A DNA stretch of 64,000 nt. Origin: Mobula birostris (lineage: Eukaryota). Location of the stretch: the NCBI RefSeq assembly GCF_030028105.1, contig NC_092391.1, forward strand, positions 44,799,223 through 44,863,222, read 5' to 3'. The translations under genes and the position numbers were made by a program. Under the pieces are notes generated by a model. It searched no databases. It had not been told where the DNA came from and was given only the letters and a program-made list of their open reading frames with translations. Shown here piece after piece: positions 25,814 through 38,539 of the stretch. Positions within the stretch are counted from its first letter, which is position 1. Each line of letters begins with the position of its first letter.

Positions 25814-26734
25814 ACACAAATAGAATCCATTAAAAACAAAACGACTGTCAAACACCCAATCAGCAGAAAACAACAAAAGCAAGCAAGTAACAGTCAGAAC
25901 CGAAGTTCACGAAAATGAGTCCACAATCACGAAGCCAGTAGTCACTGCAGCCAATTCAGGAGCCTATTAGTTGCAGGCCACAGCCTCAGTTCAAGCAGAG
26001 ACAAATAAACCTTGCAGAGCAGCGAGCCGAACACCGACCCAGTGGTTATATTGCCCAAATCTCAGGTTGTTCCTCACTCTCGGGCCTTCGATAAGCTCTC
26101 GGGCCCAGGCCCCATGACCTCGATTTGGCCTGTACCCGACCTTCCCAATTCGGCTTAAATCGATCAACCTTGGGTCTTTCCTTGCTCTGAGGTCCACGTC
26201 CCGCTGCCTTGACCTTGCATCGCCTCCCCTCAGTTTTGCCTCATCGAATTGCCTCCGAGTCCACCCCAGCAAAGGCCACACGTTGGCTCATTCCCCGCTC
26301 TCGTGCCCCAGCCCCGCCGCCTCAATACACGCCACGCTACAACCGTCCTGCACCTTCAGCTCTTCAGTTCAAACCACAAAAATGCCAGGTCATACAGGTG
26401 GTGCAACAGCTCAGCTCCAAAAGGGAAGTTACACGCTGTTGATTGCAGTGACTGCGTCCAAGAAAAAGTGTGATTAATACAGCAATTTTTGTTCTGTTTG
26501 CTGCCATAAATTATCGCTGTACTTCATGAATGCCATCTTAAACCAATCACTGTGGTACAACATCTGTTACAGAGTTCCAGACAGGAAAACGACCCTCTGC
26601 CTCCTATAAACGAGCTAATTTTTGATCCAGTTTGCTCACATCCATCTGATACTTGAGCCCTAACTTTCTGGTTATAGCTCACCAGGTGAAAGGTCACCAA
26701 CCTGAAATATTACCTCTGCCTGAGCCATTGAATA

Positions 26735-27374
26735 CAGGCAGTCCCCGGGTTACCGACGAGATCCGTTCCTACGTCTGTCTTTAAGTCCAATTTGTAGGTA
26801 AGTTGGAACAGGTACATACAGTTCTTATTTAGCGTTAGTTATTCAAACGTTTCAAGCCTTTTCTTGCTCTAGAGTAAGGCTAATAGGTATATTACGCTGA
26901 TTTTGATCATCTAACCAAATTATTAATAGCCTTTCCATTTCAATAATTAAACCACTGTGTCTTAGTGATAATTGTAGCTTTCATCGGGGCATGGCCTTTC
27001 ACATGCTCCATTATTCTCACTTTATCCTTTAAAATTGTTCTGATCATTGACCGACTGCAGCCCAACGCTTTTCCAATGACCAATGGCATTTCACCTCTTT
27101 CCGATCGAATCAATCGTGATCATTTTCCTTCTCTTTGATGCATCACCAGCAGTCCGTTCTCACTTTATCCTTTAAAATTGTTCTGATCATTGACCGACTG
27201 CAGCCTAACACTTTTCCAATGACCGATGGCGTATCACCTCTTTCCGATCGCTTTATTATTTCCACTTTATTTTCAATTGTGCTCATTTTCCTTTTCTTTG
27301 ATACATCACCAGCAGTCCTTTGGTAAGTACGGAATTGTCCGTAAGTCGGACGTTCTTAACCCGGGGACTTACTG
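26735..27374 (-). mobile_element. Internally deleted Tigger/pogo transposon retaining the transposase N-terminal HTH remnant
   Basis: TA|CAGGCAGTCCCCGGGTTA...TAACCCGGGGACTTACTG|TA. The minus strand reads KKRKMSTIENKVEIIKRSERGDTPSVIGKVLGCSRSMIRTILKDK. Confidence 0.85.
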
Positions 27375-27449
27375 TATTTCCACAATTTTAGTTTGAATAT
27401 TTAGAGGGGGAAACCTCTAGCTAAGAGGATGTTTCTCCTTTGGAAATGA

Positions 27450-28330
27450 AACAGTGCTAGACAGCAGAGTTGTGTTCCTACCATGATGCCAAATTAATTA
27501 ATTTCACCTATCCACACATGTTCTGTATCCCTCTATTCCCTGTTTGTTCATGTGCCTATTTAAATTCCTCAAACTTAGCTATCATATCAAATTCCACCAT
27601 GTTCTTTGGTAACGCATTCCAGGCACATAACATTCTCTGTGTAACAAAACTTGTCCTGTAAGTCTTCTTTGAACTCTTCCTCTCTCTGAGGTCATCTTCA
27701 ACCTCTGACCTCAGCTTTTGACACTCCAGAGCAAACAATTCGACCTCTCCTCGTAAGTAATACTCTCCAATCCCAATGAATCTATGCTGCGCCCTCTCCA
27801 AAGCTTCCACATTCTTCCTGGAACCTGACAACCAGGAGCATACACAAGACTCAAAACTAAATGCTTGCATAGCCACAGCACGACACCCAAACTTTTAACC
27901 TCAGTGCTCTGACTGACGTAGACAAGCATGCCAGATACTTTCCTTCTTCACCACTCTACCCACTCGTGAAGCCATTTTCAGGCATTTCCGGGGTCTCTCT
28001 GTTTATCAGTGGTCTGAATGGTCCTGCTGTATCTTTCGACAATTTTCCTCATTTTTATCCACAACTCTCCTGATTTTCACATTGACTGCAAATTTACTAA
28101 TCAGTCCATCTACATTTTTGCCTGAAACATTTATATATCACTATCATCGAGATTTTAGCAATGCAGAATGCCATTGGTTACAGACCTCCAGCCAGAATAA
28201 CACCCTCTGCCTTCTACAGCCAAGTCCATTTTGAATCCAATTTACACGGCTCCATGAATCCCATGCACCTTAATCTTCTGGATTTGTCACGAGACACTTT
28301 GAATGCTTGACTAAAGGCGATGACTGCCCT
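27450..28330 (-). mobile_element. Old CR1 LINE fragments
   Basis: KNVEALERAQHRF and FVTQRMLCAWNALP resemble the CR1 ORF2 C-terminus. Confidence 0.65.
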
Positions 28331-29229
28331 CCCCTCAAACATCTTATCACCTCAAAAACATCAATATCACATTCGCAATATGTGACCTTATTCTGGAAGA
28401 CAAAATAAATGGTTCTGCTGATACTTCGAAAAAGAACAAGTCTGCAGATACAGTTGATACAAACACAGAGTGGGCAAGTGGATGGGAAAGCAAAGGAAGC
28501 CTAACAACAAACACGAGGAAATGACAAGTACCTGAACCTGGCTTAATACCAACCTTCGGCAAAGGAGACCAGAGAAAGTGCAGCAGAGAAAAAGGAATCA
28601 GCTCACTCACCCAGAGAAGTTACTGAGAAACTGCAGAGGAGAATGAAAAAATACTTAAGAAGAGTTAGGTAAAAGTAAGAAGGTTTTAAAGCAGGACTAA
28701 GTCTGAAGATATTAGAGAAAGTTTCAAACACACATGCATCCACTTGATCTGCTTCACATATTTTAAGCAGGCAATCGTCACGTCTCGGTGTGGGCATGCA
28801 AGGAGTGGACGAGGAAAGAAACAGCGTAGCTTAGAACAGCATTTAGAGTGAGGAGAGATAAATAGGATCCAGCTCATTTATTGTTACAAAAGCACAGCAA
28901 TGAACTTTACACTGTACTTTATATTCCTTGCGTCTCCCGGCAAGATTTTATCTGTTGATGACATTGACTTAATGCAATACAGAGACAAAGTTTATCATGT
29001 TCACAGACCAATAAACTGGCATTCCTGATGAACGAGGACAAAGGTTAGATTCACAGTCTTAGTTTGGTTGCAGCACAAAGGAAATCACTCAGGCAATGAG
29101 CTTGTAAAATCTTCATGCAAGATCAATCCAGTATACTCTTTCACCCTCTCCTCTTAACCCTGCAAATTCTCATACCAGCCAGCTTCTTTCTGAAAGCTAC
29201 AACTATTCCCCAGGAATGATCTAGATCAC

Positions 29230-30657
29230 AGCTGTGCCTGCTCGTCATTGGCTATGTCGAAAAGTCTATGTTCAAAGCCCTCCCTGGTTGTCCTCCCCAA
29301 CCTTTCCTCCGCTACATTGACAGCTGCATTGGTGTTGCTTCATGCACCCATGCTGAGCTCGTCAATTTTATCAACTTTGCCTCTAACTTCCACCCTGCCC
29401 TTAAATTCACTTGGTCCATCTCTGACACCTCCCTCTCCCTTCTCAATCTCTCTAACTCCATCTCTGGAGACAAACTGTCCACTGACATCTTTTAAAACCT
29501 ACTAATTCCAACAGTCATCTCGAGTATACCTCTTCCCACCCTATCTCCTATAAAATTGCTATTCTCCTTTCTCAGTTTCTTTGCCTCTGCATCTGTTCCC
29601 AGGATGTGGCTTTCCATTCCAGGGTAACAGAGGTATCCTCCTTCTTCAAAGAATTGGGTTTTCCTCCCTCTACTATTGATGCAGTCCTCACCTGCATCTC
29701 CTCTATTTCATGAACATCCACGCTCACCCCATCTTCCTGCTGCCTTAATAGTGACAGATCCCATCAGCCTCCACATCCAACACATTGTCCTACGCAACTT
29801 CCGCCATCTCCAATGGGATCCTACCACTCAACTTATCTTTACCTCCCCCTCCCCCCTCCGCTTTCCACAGGGATCACCCCCATCTCGGATTCCCTCGTCC
29901 ATTTGTCCCTCCCCACTAATCTCCCTCCAGGCATTCATACCTACCAGTGGCCTAGGTCCTACACCTCCTCCCTCACCTCCATTCAGGGCCCCAGACTGTC
30001 CTTCCAGGTGAGCCAACACTTCACCTGTGAATCTGCTGGGGTCACCTGTTGTGTCCGGTGCTCCTGATGTGGCCTCCTCTACACTGGTGAGATCCATCAG
30101 AAACTGGGAGACCGCTTCACCAAGCACTGCCGCACCATCCATCGCAAGTGGGACTTCCTGGTAGCCAAACATTTTAATCACAATTCCCATTCAGACATGT
30201 CGGTCTATGGTCTACTCACGTGCCACGATGAGACCAACCTCAGGGTGGAGGAGCGACACTTTATATTCCGTCCGAGTACCCTCCAACCTGATGTCCTGAA
30301 TATCAACATCTCCTTCCAGTAGAACATTCCCCACTGACCTTTAACCTCCTCTCACGTGCCTGCTATTTCCCCCTGAGTCCCCTCCTTCTCTCCTATCAGA
30401 TTCCTTCCTCTCCAGCCCTTCACCTTTCCCACCCACCTGGCCCCACCTGTCACCTTCCAGCTAGCCTCCTTCCCCTCCCCCCCATCTTTTTATTCTGGCA
30501 TCCTCCCCCTTCCTTTTCAGTCCGGAAGAAGGGTCTCAGCCCTATAACATAGACCGCTTATTCATCTCCACAGATGCTGCCTGGCCTGCTGAGTTGCTCC
30601 ACCATTTTGTGTGCGTTGCTCTGGATTTCCAGCATCTGCAGAATCTCTTGTGTTTAT
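29230..30657 (+). mobile_element. 5'-truncated Penelope-like retroelement (RT C-terminal half, GIY-YIG endonuclease, pLTR)
   Basis: FLRYIDSCIG (decayed RYIDD motif), HPALKFTW, and FTCESAGVTCCVRCS..CGLLYTGE (GIY-YIG-like), then a terminal repeat with a hammerhead-like motif. Confidence 0.85.
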
Positions 30658-31274
30658 GACCTAGATCATTAATCACTTGCTGTGGAGGAAAGAAACCTTT
30701 ACTCATGTCACTTAATCGGAGGAAGTACAAGACTGTGGAGGGATCAGAGAGAATTCAGAGTAGAAAGATGAACCAGAGCCACAGGAGGAAATCTATTCAT
30801 TGTTTAGAGACAGAGTGCTGATGATCGGGAAGCCTTCACCTGTCAGCTGAGAGGGTTTTTGAAAGGGAAGATAGAGCTATACCCTAGAGAAACACAGGGT
30901 TAATTTGGTCCACTTTCCAAACAGCCAGATTTGATTAACAGAATTAAATCTTCCTGTGCTGTGCTGATTCAGCACCTTGATTGGATGTTAGACAAAAGGT
31001 CTGACAACAGGTGATAACTGGGCCAAGAAGGACAGTGGTGGGCGTGTAGGGAACAGCAGGGATGGGGAAGGGGTTGGAGGGCAGAGGGCAATGGGAATGG
31101 GGGTCGGCTGGGGAAGCAAAAGTAACCCAAGGCGAGACGCTGGCTCAGGCGAGGCAGCAACAACCCAGTGAAGGAGGAGAGGGGGAGCAGGTGGAATGAT
31201 CTCCTTGCCCATAAGGAAGCAGTGGCTGCTCCTTGCACAGAGACAGCTGCAGATATCAGGTAACCAGGGCTTAC

Positions 31275-31468
31275 TCCGTCACGGACTTGAGGAACTCCAC
31301 AGTGAAGAAGTGGTTGCAGATGTTGCCAGCATTGAAGGTGAGTTGGCTGTCAGCGTTCCTCCTCTCCACCGTCTCCTGGCTCACCTCACTGTACTCCACA
31401 ACCTGGTAGGTGCCGTTCACTCGACACACCACCCCCACTGGCTCAGTGGGGTACGCCTTACCAACCAC
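31275..31468 (-). CDS. UAP1L1: UAP1L1 coding exon 5 (194 nt): [15 protein letters not shown]...VVEYSE...[12 protein letters not shown]
   Basis: ccccag|GTG...GA|gtaagc. KAYP is UAP1L1-like rather than the UAP1-like KTNP. Confidence 0.96.
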
Positions 31469-32114
31469 CTGGGGATAAACACAGCCACAGCGTGAGGCGC
31501 ACGGAGGGACAACCCAACCACCCTTCCCTCTTCCCCAAACAGACAGCTGACCACAAACGCAGTCCATCTTTTAAGTTCTGAGCCCATCGACATTCACCCA
31601 TGCCTGCAGCAGCTTCAGCACCTGAGGGAAGCCTTTGCCTGATAATATGTCAGGGAAGCACAGCACAAAGCCACCCTAACTATGGGTACCCAGATGGAGG
31701 AGCCTGCAGCTGTCCCACCCACAACACAGCATTGGTGGGGAGGGTGCATGGATGTCCAGACCACGCTGGTGGAGGCTGGATTCGGAGACTGCCTTGTGAA
31801 AAGTTCGGTCAGCGCAGTCACTGGTTGGGGAGGGAGGTGAGGAGTTGGGTTGGGTGAGGGGAACGATATACACTGGTGGTGAGCAACAGGAGGCTTTTAC
31901 AATGGGGTGTGGGCTGGTGACTGGAGGGGTGCTCAGTAGGTCATTATAGGTGGGACTAGGCTGTGAGAGGAGTGCTGGAACTGGAGAGAGATGGGCCGTT
32001 TTTGCGGCTGGCAGTGAGCTTGCTGCTCACCCTTGCCCCACTCCCTGCCTCGGCAGGGTGACAAACCTCAGCCCGACTCTCTCAGGAGCGGGGAGCTCGG
32101 GCTGGTGAACTCAC

Positions 32115-32287
32115 CTTTGCCCCGCAGTCTGCGTCCCGCTCGACACAGAAACCGATGAAGGTTGGGTCTGCCATCTTCACCAAGATGTTGTCCACACAGT
32201 ACACGTGGACGAATCGAACCCCTCGCTGGTCCATGTCCTTCAGGATCTTGTAGTCCGTCAGAGCCCGGTACAGGCCACCGTTTCCGT
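32115..32287 (-). CDS. UAP1L1: UAP1L1 coding exon 4 (173 nt): [10 protein letters not shown]...[21 protein letters not shown]...GAK
   Basis: actatag|AC...AAG|gtgagt. DGNGG and VDN motifs. Confidence 0.97.
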
Positions 32288-33014
32288 CTATAGTACAGCA
32301 AGCACAGGTTCCGGTCAGCGAGGACACCCAGAAACATCCTCAGCCCCAGTTCCTGGCCTCACACTGCCCTCTCATGTCCCTCAGCAACTTGCTGCTCCTC
32401 CCCGTCTCTCCCAGTATCCGATAACTCTCTCCTCAGGTCTTCATTCCTCCTGCCAAGCGGCTGATTTAAAGTGAAAGTGAGACCTCAGTAACAACGCCAC
32501 ACCACAGCGACCAACACACCCATTCCTCACCCCCACACTGTGGGCTGAACCAGTGTCAAGATCATTTCACAAAGTGATGTCCAGCAACCTCATTTGTGGG
32601 AGGGTGTCTGTAGACACTGAGGGGCTCAATGTCTTGCTTCTCTGCCTATCAAACGACTGCTTCCACTTATCCAGCCAGTGCCATGGACACCTACCACCAA
32701 GCACTCAGTACCCTCCAGGGCTGGAGACAAAGGCACAGAAGGTAGGGGCTGAATTTTATTCAACATCGAACCCATGCCACACATGGCCTTGGTGGGCACA
32801 TGCTGACTAAAAAAAAAAATCTTCTGGATGCGGTCAAAGAATTCTGCTTGTTTTGGTGTGACTACCCCAGTTGGACCGCCTGCCACGCTACCTTTTACCT
32901 CAGAAATAAGCCACTTGGAGTCAAACTCCAGTAGTTCAGCAGCCACGGGACGTTGCTGGTGATTTTCCAGACTTTCAATTGTTCCTGAGGGCCTCTGTCA
33001 GTCAGAGCAGACCA

Positions 33015-33507
33015 TGGCTAATACATCCCAGCTGTCCAGGTACGCCAGCCTGGGCAGTACCATATGGAGAGCAAGCCGTTGCCCATGTAGCAAGCTCCCC
33101 CCCTCAACGTATCTGATGAACCCAAAGATACAGCAGAGACGGATAGAGTTTGGTACTGGCAGCGTTGCAGGAGTTGCCGGTCAGCGCTGAACTCAATGTA
33201 GGACTGTCTTAGGGACCCCAGCTCCGGATTTTTTCCTCGGGGTTTACTCCCGAAGCCTTTTCCATGAGTGGGTACAGCTGCAAGGCAGCTGAGGTTTGAA
33301 ATCAGAGTTCTCCTTCTCCTCAATGAGCTGCCAACCACGGCTGAGGAGCCCTATCTGCCCAAAGAGACTGGTTTTAAGGCATCAGTGGCCCGCCTTTGCT
33401 CCTTCTCCTGTCAGTAGAAATGGTTCCACTGGGCTTAGCAGCTAAGCCACACGTGAAGGCCAGGAGCTGGACTTGGTTGTCAGAGGCTATTTGAGGTGCA
33501 CACCATT
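33015..33507 (-). mobile_element. Non-coding retroposon resembling an RTE-clade 5' UTR derivative
   Basis: Structured, repeat-like block (gcagctcattgaggagaaggagaactctgatttcaaacc) with a partial HDV-like pseudoknot. The family assignment is from memory and unverified. Confidence 0.5.
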
Positions 33508-34050
33508 GTTCCTAATGTTGATATATATTAACACACATTTTAGATGCCCCACAGTAGGGTAATAAAGAGAAGCCCAGTGAGATTAAAGGGAATGCGATTG
33601 AGAGAACCAGATGAGCCACCTGTCAAACACCAGCTTTCCATACAGTGGAAAAGTATGTTGTCAATTTTATGGCAGTTGCTCTTCCATCTCCTAATACATG
33701 TTGGAAGGCCGTGCAAACTCCCAGCAAAATCTTGAGCCTCTAGTCAACCTACATGGCCTAACTTATTGATCCTGCCAGAGCATTATCCCTCATCGTATTT
33801 ACCCCACAGTCCCACCGGACGCAGGCATTCCTGGCCAGACTTCAGCCAGGTCTCACCTATCATTTCATTGTCACAGTCCTGCGTATGGCAGAGGCTCTCG
33901 GCAGCAGGAAGTGACCTTGGGCACAGGAGCCCTCGGGAAATCAGAACCCAGCTTCAGTCTGCCGATGACCGTGGTAGGTGCATTGGACGAACAATCACAC
34001 TCAAGAGTAAAACAGTACTCTAAACCAGCTCCAGCCCGGAGTGCACCAAC

Positions 34051-34226
34051 CTGGAGCCATGGCAATCCGACCCTTCCCTTCCAAGATGATCTTCCCGTCA
34101 AATCCAACAGCCGGCAGCATCCTCTGCTCAAACATGACCACGTCGGACTGAGGCAGGCTGAAGTACTGGTGCTGAGCAAAGAAATTCCTTGTGGGTTCCA
34201 GCGTGAACTCGCTGGTCATGATGTAC
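34051..34226 (-). CDS. UAP1L1: UAP1L1 coding exon 3 (176 nt): [12 protein letters not shown]...FEQRMLPAV...AMAP
   Basis: ttccgaag|G...G|gttggt. WYIMTS and FEQ motifs; phases match the flanking exons. Confidence 0.96.
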
Positions 34227-34606
34227 CTTCGGAACAAAAACAGTTATGCCATCAACAGCTCTTATCTGTAAAGCAACGCACAAAGCACGAGTAAACACTA
34301 TAAACCGCAGTGGAAAATCAGAGATAATAACAAGTTCCACAGATATCTCTAGCCCTATCATACACATGCCCACCACATATCCACATACACATATCCACAC
34401 TCTCAGCATGCCACGGCTGGAATCCACACACACAAACCATACTGTAACCGGTATCCAGTCACACACTCATGCCAACCTTGCGGTAACTGATGTCCAGACG
34501 TACAAAGACAACGCTGCATCATATTATCGGGGGGCGTGGTGCCCTCTTGTCCAGACAGCCTGGAGTAATCAACCTCTTGGAGACCGAGCGGAGAACAGGG
34601 TCTCAC

Positions 34607-34811
34607 CAAGGTAGCGTGCACTTTCCGCCCAGCCTCTTCTCGGCCAGCTGCTTGACTTTGCGAATTCGTTCGGCCTGGACTTGGTAAAGAGTCTTCCCGC
34701 TCGGCAGCCCGACGTCATACATGCCCTTTGGATACGGGACATCTAACCGGGTACCTTGCCCACCAGCCAACAGCAGCACAGCCACGTGGCCTTTGGCGAT
34801 CTCCTGAAAAC
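34607..34811 (-). CDS. UAP1L1: UAP1L1 coding exon 2 (205 nt): [40 protein letters not shown]...LPW
   Basis: gctctag|GT...TG|gtgaga. Carries the LxxGxGTxxxxxxPK pyrophosphorylase signature. Confidence 0.97.
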
Positions 34812-36789
34812 CTAGAGCACAAGGTCAAAGTATGAAGTGGCAGATAAAAACAAAATCACAGAGGCAACCCCTCTTCTCCCAGCTTCCTAACGCTCCTGGC
34901 TCTGTTGGCTGTACATATCTAAACCTGCCAGCGGGTTATACGCAGAAGAGACTCTTACAGCATCAGATCTCTGTTGTACAGACTCTGTGGCCCACTGGAG
35001 ACCCATTTACTGTAATCCAATCCTATTTCACTCTCCTCACAATTCCTTCAAACTCCACCACTCCTCTCCCCCACTACGAGATTCTAACACTCGCGCAGAA
35101 ACCAGGGAAGAGATTACAGCAGCCAATAAACCACCCATCCCTGGGATGTAAAAGGAAACTACAGCACTTCGAGGAAACCCAGACAGTCAGAACAAACTCC
35201 ACACGGAGAGGACTGGGGGGTCAGGAGTGAACCTGTGTTGCTGGCACTACAAACCAGCATCACAACCAGCTTCTGTCACCTGTCACTTAAATTCCCAATC
35301 CCATTCCAACCTACCAGTCTGTGGCCCTCTGTATTGCAAAACTGAGGTGCCCCGCAGCTTAAGGAACATCTGCTGGGCAGGTTGCAACCTCCTGAACTCC
35401 GTAACTTGATTTCTCAGTCTGTGGCTGTTGACTACCTGTAGTATTAGTCCAGCCTAACCTGTGAGCCTCATCTCCCTTTCCTGCATTTCACAACTCCCGC
35501 AGTCTCCAACCAGATAACCAGGCTCACAGCTTATCCCCATCGCAACGCTCCACCAAGTTTTTTTTTTAACAGCTAAGCAGACCAACTGTTGTGAGCAGGA
35601 AATTTTTACACGGCCTGAAAACTGCACGGCACTTTAATACTAACATTGTATTAAAGAAAGTTCAAGCAGCACGGCAACAAAGGCTACGTGCACGGGAGCA
35701 TTTCAGTCACTGCGCGGCCGCACACCCACACAGCTCAGAGGGGACAGTGCCCCCCGTGGTCACTTCGGTTTTGTCCGAATGCTCCTGGCTCTGCTGGCTG
35801 GACATAACTGAACTTCCCAGCGTGTTATACTCAGAAGAGGCAGGGAAAGTCAACAGGAAACGACACCATTCCAGCTTGTTACACAGAATGTCAGAGACAT
35901 TCCCTCTCCCCCGACACCCCCTGAAGCTTTCCTCACTTCGTCCTGAGACGTTCACTTTGTTGCTCTTCTCACAAATGTGACCTGAGCACATTTTGTTCAT
36001 ATTTTAGATCTGCAGTATATTTTGGATTTTCAGCTCGACCAGCTGTGTTCCCGCCCCCATCCCACCCCACACACACACACTCACACTTATGTATGGAAGT
36101 ATTAAGGTAGCAGCACATGAAAAGGAAGTGGGCCCCTCAGGATTAAATAAAGGCATGTTTCAACACAAATTTACAAAGTTTTTAAGCAATCTGATTTTAT
36201 TAGTAAATGGGGATCTATTATCAGACCAGAGAAGGTGGAAGAGGACATTCCTAAATAACAAAATCTTTCAGTCCATCCGCTCTCTCACTGAGTGATTGAT
36301 TCCATTACAGCCCCTCAGTGAATGAAACAGCCTGTACCTGTACAAGACAACACTGAGGCACGGGCTGGCATTTTTTGGCTAACACAGTGCACAAGATGCA
36401 GGGTCACCAGCAAGAAAGCTGATTCTCACCACCTGTACGTGATTCTCAGCGGCCCGTGCTGGAGAACGTCATGCTGAACGCTGATTAGGCACATGGATCG
36501 TGGTTTGGTGTTGGCTTAGGCATCCTGCCACGTCAGGCAGACAGAGGTTCTGTGTAACGTGCTGGAATGGTGTAGCTTCCTGTTGACTTTCCCAGTCACG
36601 AGAGAATCACAGGATGAACAACTGCGGCCCACGGGCGAGTGGAGCAAATCACATCGCAGGACAGGCCAGAGTAACACTCAGATCCAGCCAACAGCCCAAC
36701 CCTTGTCACGCTGCCTCTGCCCACCCGGAGCTCGGATCCATCAGCCCCTCGTATCCACCATCAATGCCCCAACATCTATCACTACACCT

Positions 36790-38535
36790 GACCCCATCCC
36801 CCTCCCAACCCCCCCAGACCACCTCCTTCCCCCCATCCCCCCCCAAACCCCCAGACCACCTCCTTCCCCCCATCCCTCTCAGACTACCTCCTTCCCCCCA
36901 ACCCTCTCGGACCATCTCCTTCCCTATACCCCTCCCAACCCCCACAGACCACCTCCTTCTCCCCCATACCCTCCCAACCCCCAGGACCACTTCCTACCCC
37001 CATCCCCCTACCAAACCACTTCCTTCCCCTCCACCCCCCTCCCACCCCCAGACCACCTCCTTCCCCCTTCCCCCATCCCCCTCGGACCACCTCTTCCCCC
37101 TCCCAACCCCCCGACCACCTCCTGCCCCCCATCACCCTTGGACCACCCCCTTCCCCCATCCCCCTCCCAACCCCTCAGGACCACCTCCTTCCCCCCATGC
37201 CCCTTGGACCACCCCCTTCCCTCAACCCTCTCCCATCCCCCCAGACGACCTCCTTCCCCCATCCCTCTCAGACCACCTCCTTCCCCATCCCCCTCCCAAC
37301 CCCCCAGACCACCTCATTCCCCCATCCCCCTCTCAACCCCCCAGACCACCTCCTTCCCATCTCCCTCCCAACCCCCCAAACCACCTCATTCCCCCATCCC
37401 CCTCCCAACCCCCCAGACCACCTCATTCCCCCATCCCCCCCAACCCCCCAGACCACCTCCTTCCCCCTTCCCCCTCGGACCACCTCTTTCCCCCTCCCAA
37501 CCTTCCAGACCACCTCTTCCCCCTCCCAACCCCCCGACCACCTCCTGCCCCCCATCACCCTTGGACCACCCCCTTCCCCCATCCCCCTCCCAACCCCTCA
37601 GGACCACCTCCTTCCCCCCATGCCCCTTGGACCACCCCCTTCCCCCAACCCTCTCCCATCCCCCCAGACGACCTCCTTCCCCCATCCCTCTCAGACCACC
37701 TCCTTCCCCATCCCCCTCCCAACCCCCCAGACCACCTCATTCCCCCATCTCCCTCTCAACCCCCCAGACCACCTCATTCCCCCATCCCCCCCAACCCCCC
37801 AAACCACCTCCTTCCCATCCCCCTCCCAACCCCCCAAACCACCTCATTCCCCCATCTCCCTCCCAACCCCCCAGACCACCTCATTCCCCCATCCCCCCCA
37901 ACCCCCCAAACCACCTCCTTCCCCATCCCCCTCCCAACCCCCCAGACCACCTCCTTCCCCATTTCCCTCCCAAACCACCTCCTTCCCCTCCATCCTCCCA
38001 CCCCAGACCACCTCCCCCCCGATCCCCCTCCCAAACCACCTCCTTCCCCATCCAACCCCCCAGACCACCACCTTCCCCCAATCCCTCCACACCACCCCCT
38101 TCCCCCATCCCCCTCAGACGACCTCTTTCCCCCTCCCAACCTTCCAGACCACCTCCTTCTCCCCCCATACCCCTCAGACCAGCTCCTTCCCCCATACCGC
38201 TCCCAACCCTCTCAGACCACCTCCTCCCCTCAACCTCCCAAACCACCACCTTCCCCCAACCCCCTCAGACCACCTCTTCCCCCCAACCTCCCAAACCACC
38301 ACCTTTCCTCCATCCCCCTCGGACCACCTCCTTCCCCCTCCCAACCCTCCAGACCACCTCCTTCCCCCCCAACTTCCCAAACCACCTCCTTCCCTTCCAT
38401 CCCCCTCCCACCCCCAGACCACCTTTCCCCACCCCTCCCCCATCCCATTTCACCTCCTTCTTCCCCATCCCCTCCACCATCCCAGACCCCCTTCCCCATC
38501 CCCATCCACCATCCCAGACCCCCTTCCCCATCCCC
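36790..38535. repeat. C-rich minisatellite A (about 35-37-bp units, ccccatccccctcccaaccccccagaccacctcctt) with an approximately 423-bp higher-order duplication
   Basis: Visible tandem units; the marker atcacccttggacc recurs at 37131 and 37554. Confidence 0.9.
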
Positions 38536-38539
38536 ATCC

